A DNA stretch of 11,577 bases from a bacterium (GTDB taxonomy: Bacteria; Sysuimicrobiota; Sysuimicrobiia; Sysuimicrobiales; Humicultoraceae): contig JBGQGY010000115.1 of NCBI GenBank assembly GCA_041497675.1, positions 1 through 11,577 of the forward strand, written 5' to 3'. A program made the translations under genes and the position numbers. The notes beneath the pieces are model-generated. The model was not told where the DNA came from, did not search any database, and saw nothing but the letters and a program-made list of their open reading frames with translations. Shown here one piece after another: positions 1-6,627 of the stretch (the first letter of the stretch is position 1; every line of letters starts with the position of its first letter).

Positions 1-1253
1 GGCTGCTCGCGCTTGCTGACCAGCAACACGTGAACGCCGTTCTGCTCGATATGGACAGACGGCCCCATGCTGTTCTCCAGACCCGAATACATTGGGCCGT
101 CATAGCGAAAGTAGCCATCCGAAACTGCCACCACGCGCGCCGTCATCTTGACGGGTGTCCCTTGGAGCGGCGAGGACTTTCCTCCGACCTCCAACTCAAG
201 CGTGGCGCCCACGCCGGCGGCCCGACATTGATTCACCGCCTGCCGGTCGACGATGTAGAGCACGCACGCGTCTGTGAGCTTGGTGTCGACAAAGGTCTGG
301 AGCATGCCGGTGCTATCACCCGGAGAACCGCCACCCGTGTTGTCGTACCAATCCGCGAAGATCACCGGGAACTGTGCTTTGGCCTCAGCGTCCCGCAGAC
401 ACTCTCGTGTGCTGGGCATCGGGGCATGCCAGCCGGCTCGCCGCGCAAAAATCCAAGCCCCCAACTCGTCCGCGTATCGTTGAGCCAGACTGAGGTCATT
501 GTCTGTGACGACATACACCGAGGCGCCCATGTCAGGGACGTCGGCGAGCGCATAGCACGTGGCGATGGAACCGCAGACGACTGCGGGTTGGGCTTCGATC
601 CTGTGCAGTTGTGCGATGGCCTCGTTCATGGGGGGATGAGCCGTCACCTGGTTTGTGCCCCACACCATCGGAATTTGATGGAGCGCCATCGTCGGGCGCA
701 GCCCCTGGGCGAGAATCCGTACAAGCACGTCGGCGCATTCGCGCCCCCGTTCGGCCATGTCCACTTCCGGATAGGTTTCGCGGCCGATCAAGACGTCGGC
801 CTTGTCGACCATGAGGCGCGACACGTTGGAGTGGATGTCTAGTTGCGCGACGATCGGCACCTTGGGACCCACCAGATCCCGGACCGCGGCCAGAATGTAC
901 CCGTCCGCATCGTCAATGCCCTCCGCCACCATCGACCCGTGCAGTTCCAGCAGGACGCCGTCCACCGGCCGGGCGGCGCGAATGCCGTCGAGCAGTTCGT
1001 TCAAGATCGACTGGAAGAGATCCGCAGGCGTGGGACCGCTCGGGTACGCCGTCGCGTAGACGGTCGGAATCAACTCGAACCCGTGGGCTTCTGATCCCTG
1101 GATGAACCCGCCGGTGGGTGTGTTGGAGCCCCGAAACGTACGAATGATTTCACTGCCGCGCAGGTGGTGTCTCTCGCGGTAGCTCTCCCGCGTGGTCGCC
1201 ACTGGAGTGAACGTGCTGGTCTCATGGCTGATGGCGCCAGTGACCACTCGCAT
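1..1253 (-). CDS. M81 family (MlrC-like) metallopeptidase, partial; runs off the left edge of the window
   Basis: Manual minus-strand translation from ATG at 1253-1251: MRVVTGAISHETSTFTP...VDGVLLELHGSMVAEGIDDADG...PIVAQLDIHSNVS...TYPEVDMAERG...DNTGGGSPGDSTG. This matches the M81 motifs HETxTF, LHGxM, LDxHxN and DNxGGGxxGD. SD-like AAGGGAG lies about 9 nt upstream on the minus strand. About 417 codons are in the window; it is missing from the ORF track, consistent with no in-window stop. Confidence 0.93.
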   Translation of the reverse strand, partial: MRVVTGAISHETSTFTPVATTRESYRERHHLRGSEIIRTFRGSNTPTGGFIQGSEAHGFELIPTVYATAYPSGPTPADLFQSILNELLDGIRAARPVDGVLLELHGSMVAEGIDDADGYILAAVRDLVGPKVPIVAQLDIHSNVSRLMVDKADVLIGRETYPEVDMAERGRECADVLVRILAQGLRPTMALHQIPMVWGTNQVTAHPPMNEAIAQLHRIEAQPAVVCGSIATCYALADVPDMGASVYVVTDNDLSLAQRYADELGAWIFARRAGWHAPMPSTRECLRDAEAKAQFPVIFADWYDNTGGGSPGDSTGMLQTFVDTKLTDACVLYIVDRQAVNQCRAAGVGATLELEVGGKSSPLQGTPVKMTARVVAVSDGYFRYDGPMYSGLENSMGPSVHIEQNGVHVLLVSKREQ

Positions 1254-1395
1254 CGTCTCGTGCTCCCTTCTTGCCACCGCATCCATCTCATTCATCCGGC
1301 CGCGCGACAAATACCTGCAGGTGAGCAGCATAGTCTTGCACAAAGCAAATAGGTGACAGACGCGGGAGAGTCTAGGCGAAAAGGGGGAATCGTAG
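1254..1395. promoter_or_regulatory. Divergent intergenic region, expected to hold promoters for the M81 gene and the plus-strand genes
   Basis: 142-bp gap between divergent start codons with SD-like elements at both ends. It contains the palindrome ACCTGCAGGT (1313-1322) and TTGC-N5-GCAA (1336-1348). No convincing -35/-10 pair found. Confidence 0.4.
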
Positions 1396-1755
1396 ATGTT
1401 CGTCAAGACGCTCAGGTGGCCGGTCATCAGCTTGATCATTACGGGCGGGGTCCATTTCGTCGTCGAAGCGATTTGGCCAGAGTTGAAGAACATCTTCGTG
1501 CCACCAGTCCTGGCGGGAGTATTGTTGGGCTATGGCCTCTGGGTCGGGTATAAGATGATCCAGTTCGGAGGAACGTACCTCCATGCCATCGTGGCCGCTG
1601 CGATCCTTGGTCTTCTGCCCATCTTCCTTGAGACAGTTGGCTTTGGGATGATTCTCGGTCGAGGTGTTCAGCTGGGCATGCTGGCTGGTGTCTTCGGCTT
1701 CTGCATGATCCTGTGGGGTGGCCTTCTGGGCAGTGGAGTCGCCCTGAGCAAATAG
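1396..1755 (+). CDS. Hypothetical small integral membrane protein (119 aa, about 4 TM helices)
   Basis: AAGGGGG SD upstream of ATG. The protein is almost entirely hydrophobic and Gly-rich, with four hydrophobic stretches. No family motif recognised. Confidence 0.8.
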   Translation: MFVKTLRWPVISLIITGGVHFVVEAIWPELKNIFVPPVLAGVLLGYGLWVGYKMIQFGGTYLHAIVAAAILGLLPIFLETVGFGMILGRGVQLGMLAGVFGFCMILWGGLLGSGVALSK

Positions 1756-1767
1756 AGATCGCCGCCG

Positions 1768-1789
1768 CAACTCGGTCCACACCGAGTTG
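1768..1789. repeat. Perfect 9-bp inverted repeat (hairpin) CAACTCGGT-ccac-ACCGAGTTG
   Basis: Arms at 1768-1776 and 1781-1789 with a 4-nt loop. It lies between the membrane-protein stop (1755) and the methyltransferase ATG (1799). No U-tract follows. Confidence 0.75.
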
Positions 1790-1798
1790 GACAGGCGT

Positions 1799-2223
1799 AT
1801 GCGCCTGTTTCTGAAGAATCTGCTATTCACCGTCCTGGTGCCGGGCACCGTGGCCGTCTTTCTTCCTTATTGGATGGTAGCCCGCAGCGGCCAGGCGCTT
1901 ACCGTCGACCCGGTCCGGTTGTTGCTCGCTGGGCCACTGATGCTTCTGGGCGCGACGATCTACTTTTGGTGCCTGTGGGACTTCGCGGTCACCGGCCGCG
2001 GCACGCCTGCGCCGATCGATCCGCCGAAGCACCTGGTCGTGCGCGGACTGTACCGCTATGTGCGCAATCCGATGTACGTCGGTGTGTTGCTTGTGATCGC
2101 AGGATGGGCGGCGCTGTCTGCGTCTAGGGCTGTGCTGGGGTACGGGGCGGTGATCGCGGTGGGCTTACGGTGTCGCGGTGGGTGCCCGGGTCGGAGCATG
2201 CTCACAGGGCGATGAAGCGATGA
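1799..2223 (+). pseudogene. Isoprenylcysteine carboxylmethyltransferase / phospholipid methyltransferase (ICMT/PEMT) family gene, apparently disrupted near the 3' end
   Basis: Family motifs GRGTPAPIDPPKHLVVRGLYRYVRNPMYVG are clear. The main frame (ATG 1799, stop 2215) lacks the usual C-terminal EE-x-x-L...FG-x-x-Y-x-x-Y segment. The expected terminal motif appears in another frame as TVSRWVP...* (2167-2223). Family call is strong; pseudogene status is an inference. Confidence 0.7.
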
Positions 2224-2387
2224 GTCATTTTGATCTCGCAGACTCGGGTACGTCGAAACAGACCGGAAGACTGAGGAGGGCTACCAGCGCGTGTACATGA
2301 GGAAATCTCTGACAGACAGGCTCCCCGGTGCCGGCGCGTGAATCTGTTGGAAGATCTGGCAGATCCTAGTCCAGGAGGCATGTACAC

Positions 2388-3428
2388 GTGACACCTGAAC
2401 GACGGGAACACGTCATGCGACTCCACCGGCAGGTGCCGGTGATCGACTGTCACAACGACAGCCTGCAGGCGGTTTTGCAGGGCGATATCAGGTATAACGC
2501 GTTGCGGCATCGTCCTGCGCGGCCGCGGCGTCTCTGGCAGAAAGGGGAGTCGGGCCACTGGGACTTTCCCCGCGCCCTGGAGGCGGGGCAATCGGGACAG
2601 ATGACCAACCTGATGATTCCCTGGATCAAAGACGGCCCGTTCATCAAGTCGATTCTGAAGTCCTACCGGATGCTTCAGGTGGACCTGGCCGCAGCGCCCC
2701 ATCTGGCGCTCCTCGCCACGACGGCGGCGGACGTCGAGCGTGCCCACCGCGAGGGCAAGGTGGCGGTGCTCCTGACCATCGAGGGGGCCGAAGGTCTTGA
2801 CGGAGATCTCGACCTGCTCCACGTGTACCACCAGCTGGGCGTGCGGAGCATGGGTTTGAACTGGATGTACCGCAACGCCGCGGCCGAGGGCAACTGGGAA
2901 GACACCGGGGCCGGTCTGACCGGCTTCGGCCGTCAGCTCGTGCGGGAAATGAACCAGCTGCGCATGCTGGTCGATGTGGCGCACGCGACGGAGCAGACGA
3001 TCCGAGACACCCTGGAGATATCCGACGCTCCCATTATCTGCTCGCACACATCCTGCCGCGCCATGGTCAAGGACTTCCACACACACGCGCCCAGCCGGTA
3101 TCTGACCGACGAGCACATGAAGGCCCTGGCGGCGAAAGGCGGCGTGGTCGGTATCTTTTTCTCGGCGAACCGGGAGCTGGATGACGACGGCGCCGACGTG
3201 ACCGCCCTGGCCCGTTTCATCGCACACGCCGCGAATGTCTGCGGGCCGGCCCACGTGGGTTACGGGTCCGACCTGGACGGCGGCTTTCCACCACACGGGC
3301 TGGAGGACATCCGCGGGCTGCCGAACCTGACGAGCGCGCTGATCGACCTCGGTTTTTCTGATGCGGAACTGCTGGGCATCATTGGTGGCAACTGGATGCG
3401 CGTGTACCGGCAGGTGTTGGGGGCCTGA
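2388..3428 (+). CDS. Membrane dipeptidase (peptidase family M19, amidohydrolase fold), 346 aa
   Basis: Motifs VIDCHND, LLTIEGAE, LVDVAH, ICSHT, GGVVG, HVGYGSDLDG, IIGGNWMRV. AGGAGG SD at 2373-2378, 9 nt before GTG 2388. No signal peptide evident. Confidence 0.95.
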   Translation: MTPERREHVMRLHRQVPVIDCHNDSLQAVLQGDIRYNALRHRPARPRRLWQKGESGHWDFPRALEAGQSGQMTNLMIPWIKDGPFIKSILKSYRMLQVDLAAAPHLALLATTAADVERAHREGKVAVLLTIEGAEGLDGDLDLLHVYHQLGVRSMGLNWMYRNAAAEGNWEDTGAGLTGFGRQLVREMNQLRMLVDVAHATEQTIRDTLEISDAPIICSHTSCRAMVKDFHTHAPSRYLTDEHMKALAAKGGVVGIFFSANRELDDDGADVTALARFIAHAANVCGPAHVGYGSDLDGGFPPHGLEDIRGLPNLTSALIDLGFSDAELLGIIGGNWMRVYRQVLGA

Positions 3429-3493
3429 GAAGGCCGAGACGCGCGCAAAGCGAATTCAGCAGACGATCTACCCGTAAGTTGGGAGGCGCCGAC

Positions 3494-4270
3494 GTGTATC
3501 AGACCGACATGTACGAGGGCATGCTCGCGGAAACCGTCGCCATTCACGGATTCAAAGGAGACATCATCAACGCGTATTCCGCCCGGCCGTTGGGGGCCGG
3601 GCCGTTCCCCGGCGTCGTCCTGATCCACCACATCCCGGGGTGGGATGAGTGGTACCGGGAGACCACGCGCCGGTTCGCGCACCACGGGTACGCGGCCATC
3701 AGTCCCAATCTCTACTACCGCGATGGCCACGGGACTCCCGAAGATGTCGCCGCCAAGGTCCGCGCGGGAGGCGGCGTCCCCGACGATCAAGTTGTCGGCG
3801 ATGTTGAAGGATCGATGCGGTGGCTGCGTTCGTCCCCGTCGAGCAATGGAAAGGTAGGCGTCTTTGGCACGTGTTCCGGTGGGCGCCACACTGTCCTCGT
3901 GGCGTCTCGCGTGAAGGGGTTTGACGCCGCCATCGACTGTTGGGGTGGGCGCGTGGTGATGTCAAAGGAAGAGCTCACCCCCAAACAGCCCGTTGCCCCG
4001 ATCGACTATACGAAGGACCTGTCGTGTCCGCTGCTTGGACTCTTTGGCGAAGAGGACCGCGGCCCCACGCCGGAGCAGGTGGCGCAGCACGAGCAGGAGC
4101 TCAAGAAGCACGGCAAGACCTATGAGTTCCATATGTATCCCAAAGCCGGCCATGGCTTCTTCTACTATGACCGGTCGGCCTATCGACAAGAGCAGGCGAT
4201 GGACGGCTGGAAGAAGGTCTTTGCCTTTCTCGAGAAACATCTCAGCACGCCTGCGAAGAGAGGTGCCTGA
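3494..4270 (+). CDS. Dienelactone hydrolase family protein (alpha/beta hydrolase, Cys-Asp-His triad)
   Basis: Nucleophile motif GVFGTCSGGR, acid motif PLLGLFGEED, base motif YPKAGHGFF. Start moved from TTG 3479 to GTG 3494 because GGGAGG (3481-3486) sits 7 nt upstream of it. Confidence 0.93.
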   Translation: MYQTDMYEGMLAETVAIHGFKGDIINAYSARPLGAGPFPGVVLIHHIPGWDEWYRETTRRFAHHGYAAISPNLYYRDGHGTPEDVAAKVRAGGGVPDDQVVGDVEGSMRWLRSSPSSNGKVGVFGTCSGGRHTVLVASRVKGFDAAIDCWGGRVVMSKEELTPKQPVAPIDYTKDLSCPLLGLFGEEDRGPTPEQVAQHEQELKKHGKTYEFHMYPKAGHGFFYYDRSAYRQEQAMDGWKKVFAFLEKHLSTPAKRGA

Positions 4271-4272
4271 TC

Positions 4273-4593
4273 ATGTGCACCATGATCGCTCACCAGGCAA
4301 AGATCTGGGGCAGCGGCAAGGGAACACGTGGGTGGTTCACTCTGCGCGAGGTCAACGTGTCATATGATCACCCGTTCAATCTATCGTTGGAACACGCCCT
4401 GAACATCGACTTTGTGAACGAGGCGGAGGGACCGGGTGCGCGGGTCGCGGTGGAGTTGAGCGTGGAGTCGGCGCGGCAGTTGGTGCACACTATCCTGGCG
4501 ACGCTTGAGCGCGCCGAGGCCGGTGGCTACCTCGAGCCGACGGAGAGCGCGGAGTCCACCATCCTGGCGGTCTCGGCTACGCCGAGGGGTTAA
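4273..4593 (+). CDS. DUF6295-like conserved hypothetical protein, 106 aa
   Basis: MCT start, GSGKG, GWF, YDHP, HALNIDF, GPGARVAVELS; recognised from memory as the DUF6295-type pattern. Starts 2 nt after the hydrolase stop. Confidence 0.78.
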   Translation: MCTMIAHQAKIWGSGKGTRGWFTLREVNVSYDHPFNLSLEHALNIDFVNEAEGPGARVAVELSVESARQLVHTILATLERAEAGGYLEPTESAESTILAVSATPRG

Positions 4594-4608
4594 ACGAGGT
4601 CAACCCGC

Positions 4609-5139
4609 ATGGGGCGCGCGATGACAACCGTCGCAGTTTTCCTCTTCCTCAGTATGGCCGGGTGCCAGAACGTTCGTCAGGATGAGGTCGCCGCCGTGAT
4701 CAATCCACTGCAGAGCGATGGCCGCCGCCTTAGCTGGGGCGGCCTTTGGATCGGCATGACAAGGGCGGAGGCGGAGAAGGTTGCGAAACTATCGTTCGAC
4801 GAGAGTGGGGCCGGCCAGTGTGCGCAGGCCACCGCAAAGGTGCGTCATCAGGGCAAGCAGTTATCGGTCTCGTTTTCAGGAAAAGAACAGGCCTCACTGA
4901 TCAGAGGTATTGACGTGCCTCTCAGCGCTTCCGGGGTGGAGGCGTCGCCGGGGCCACTCAAGTCGGCCCTGAAGGCCCATATTGCGAATCTCGTGTACGT
5001 GCCGAGCGTGCATACGCCGGATCTCGCCGAAGAAAAGAATCCCACTCCTACGTATGCGCTCAAAGAGAATGGTCAGATGGTCATCTTGTTGAAGCCGGGT
5101 GACTTACTCTTTGTTGGCTTATCCGATTGCCTTGACTGA
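4609..5139 (+). CDS. Putative lipoprotein of unknown function, 176 aa
   Basis: GAGG SD 9 nt upstream. The N-terminus has Arg, a hydrophobic core (VAVFLFL) and a lipobox-like MAGC (Cys19). The rest is soluble with no recognised family. Confidence 0.65.
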   Translation: MGRAMTTVAVFLFLSMAGCQNVRQDEVAAVINPLQSDGRRLSWGGLWIGMTRAEAEKVAKLSFDESGAGQCAQATAKVRHQGKQLSVSFSGKEQASLIRGIDVPLSASGVEASPGPLKSALKAHIANLVYVPSVHTPDLAEEKNPTPTYALKENGQMVILLKPGDLLFVGLSDCLD

Positions 5140-5152
5140 GAGGGTGCCACAG

Positions 5153-5425
5153 ATGCTCTACATGATTATCGAGCGGTTCAGGGAAGGGAGCGCGCCGGAG
5201 ATCTATCGCCGCGTGCGAGACAAAGGGCGAATGATGCCGGATGGCTTGGAGTACGTCTCGAGTTGGATCGACCTGGAGTTCAAGACGTGTTATCAGTTGA
5301 TGCGTACCGAAGACGTCTCGCTTTTCGCCGCGTGGACGAACGCCTGGAAGGGCCTCATCGAGTTCCAGATCGTGCCAGTGCGTACCTCTGCTGAAGCGGC
5401 GCAGGTCATCGCTCCGGAGTTGTGA
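5153..5425 (+). CDS. DUF3303-like protein, 90 aa
   Basis: MLYMIIERF...IYRRVRDKGRMMPDGLEYVSSW...CYQLM...W...W..LIEFQIVPV pattern, recognised from memory. ATG 5153 has GAGAGGG upstream and avoids overlap with the previous gene, unlike the 5099 start in the track. Confidence 0.8.
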   Translation: MLYMIIERFREGSAPEIYRRVRDKGRMMPDGLEYVSSWIDLEFKTCYQLMRTEDVSLFAAWTNAWKGLIEFQIVPVRTSAEAAQVIAPEL

Positions 5426-6057
5426 GATCCACCCAGCTCGTAGCCGCGACGCTTGATAGAGCGAGCTATACGCGGGGTCTCCATGACCTGGCTCGGCGCG
5501 ATCGGGACCTGGGCCGGGTCCTCGAGACATTCGGCCCGCCGCCCATGTGGGCTCGTAAGCCGGGTTTTCCAACGCTGGTGCACATCATCCTGGAGCAGCA
5601 GGTGTCGCTGGCATCGGCCCGCGCGGCGTTCAATCGGCTTGCGGAGGCCGCCTCACCTCTCACGCCAGAGCGATTCCTTCAGTTGAGGGCCCCGGCTCTC
5701 AAGAAGATCGGCTTCAGCCGGCAGAAGATGGGCTACGCGCGCCATCTGGCGGAGTCGATCGTTGACGGCCGCCTCACGCTCGAGCAACTGGCCACGATGA
5801 GCGATGACGCGGCCCGGACGGCCCTCGTGGAGCTCAAGGGGATCGGCCCCTGGACCGCAGACATCTACCTCATGATGGCGTTGCGCCGGCCCGATGTGTG
5901 GCCAAGTGGGGATTTGGCGCTGGCGTCGGCCGTGCAGGATGTGAAGCGGCTGCGCGCCCGCCCGTCTGTCGCGGATCTCGATGAGATCGGGATGGCCTGG
6001 AAACCGTGGCGGGCCGTCGCCGCGCGAGTGCTCTGGCATCACTACCTGAGCAAGTAG
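5422..6057 (+). CDS. alkA: DNA-3-methyladenine glycosylase II (AlkA-family, HhH-GPD superfamily), 211 aa
   Basis: ILEQQVSLASA, helix-hairpin-helix LKGIGPWTADIYL, RPDVWPSGDLAL (catalytic Asp), WKPWRAVAARVLW. GTGA overlap with the upstream stop. Short form lacking the E. coli AlkA N-terminal domain. Confidence 0.93.
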   Translation: MRSTQLVAATLDRASYTRGLHDLARRDRDLGRVLETFGPPPMWARKPGFPTLVHIILEQQVSLASARAAFNRLAEAASPLTPERFLQLRAPALKKIGFSRQKMGYARHLAESIVDGRLTLEQLATMSDDAARTALVELKGIGPWTADIYLMMALRRPDVWPSGDLALASAVQDVKRLRARPSVADLDEIGMAWKPWRAVAARVLWHHYLSK

Positions 6058-6088
6058 GCGTAGAAGCCCCCGTCAGAATGTCGTCTCA

Positions 6089-6111
6089 CCGCCCGATGGT
6101 GAATCGGGCGG
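6089..6111. repeat. Perfect 9-bp GC-rich hairpin CCGCCCGAT-ggtga-ATCGGGCGG between alkA and the hydrogenase-like operon
   Basis: Arms at 6089-6097 and 6103-6111 with a 5-nt loop. No U-tract follows, so it is not a canonical intrinsic terminator. Confidence 0.7.
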
Positions 6112-6165
6112 CGGCCGGATACAGGCGAGCACCCCCCGGGCGTACGGTGGAAGAGAGGTGGGGGT

Positions 6166-6627
6166 ATGCTGCTCGCCGCGCTCGCCGCCGTGGCCGTCGT
6201 GTGTGGAGTTCAGGCGATCCGCACCCATCGGCTGATCATGGCCTCGGTCTGGTTGGCCGCCGTCAGCGCCTGCGCGGCCGGGATGCTCTATGCGGTGGGC
6301 GCGCGCGAGGTCGCCGTGATCGAGTTGAGCGTCGGCGTCGGCCTGGTCACCGTCCTACTCGTCTTCGCGATCACCATGGTCGGGGGGTCGACGACCCCGG
6401 CGCAGTCGGTCGTTCCCGCGTCGCTTGCGTGGGTCCTCGTGATCGCCTCACTCGCAATATTGGGAGGGGCACTGCTGCCGCTCCCGGGCCCGACCGCGGG
6501 AGTCATTCTGCCGCTGGCGCAGGCTCTGTGGCAGGACCGCGGACTCGATGTCCTGGTCCAGGCCGTCCTGATCTTTGCCGGGGTCCTGGGCGTCTTGGGT
6601 CTGTTGTCTGGAGAGGCGCGCCGATGA
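6166..6627 (+). CDS. NuoJ-like / MbhD+MbhE-like (DUF4040 + MnhB-type) membrane subunit, 153 aa
   Basis: Highly hydrophobic. GAREVAVIELSVGVGL resembles the MbhD/MrpA-C-terminal APDVA.TE..VG motif. LWQDRGLDVLVQ resembles the DxRxxDTxxE motif. GAGG/GGGGG SD; first gene of the overlapping operon. Confidence 0.8.
   Translation: MLLAALAAVAVVCGVQAIRTHRLIMASVWLAAVSACAAGMLYAVGAREVAVIELSVGVGLVTVLLVFAITMVGGSTTPAQSVVPASLAWVLVIASLAILGGALLPLPGPTAGVILPLAQALWQDRGLDVLVQAVLIFAGVLGVLGLLSGEARR

Noticed and set aside
30..1094. Plus-strand ORFs 30..842 (270 aa) and 843..1094
   Set aside because: They are codon-aligned antisense shadows of the minus-strand M81 peptidase and have no motifs of their own.
1326..1340. 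Possible sigma54 promoter (CAGCATAGTCTTGCA)
   Set aside because: The -12 TTGC is present, but the invariant -24 GG is not (1326-1327 is CA).
2224..2387. Known riboswitch (glycine, SAM-I, c-di-GMP, fluoride) in the dipeptidase leader
   Set aside because: Only fragmentary resemblance; the core consensus elements are not present in order. An Rfam search would be needed to exclude it formally.
2380..2391. ATG 2380 as dipeptidase start or as a mini-ORF (ATG TAC ACG TGA)
   Set aside because: Only 1 nt from the SD and out of frame with the dipeptidase; GTG 2388 has proper spacing.
2202..3296. 364-aa minus-strand ORF
   Set aside because: Antisense shadow of the M19 dipeptidase; typical high-GC artefact with no family motifs.
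3422..3435. GGCCT-GAGA-AGGCC hairpin over the dipeptidase stop codon as a terminator
   Set aside because: Only 5 bp with no U-tract; expected by chance at this GC content.
6006..6623. N-terminal 206-aa Arg/Gly-rich extension of the 6006..6935 ORF, suggesting a fusion
   Set aside because: It overlaps alkA and the whole J-like gene in another frame. The real start is the ATGA overlap at 6624.
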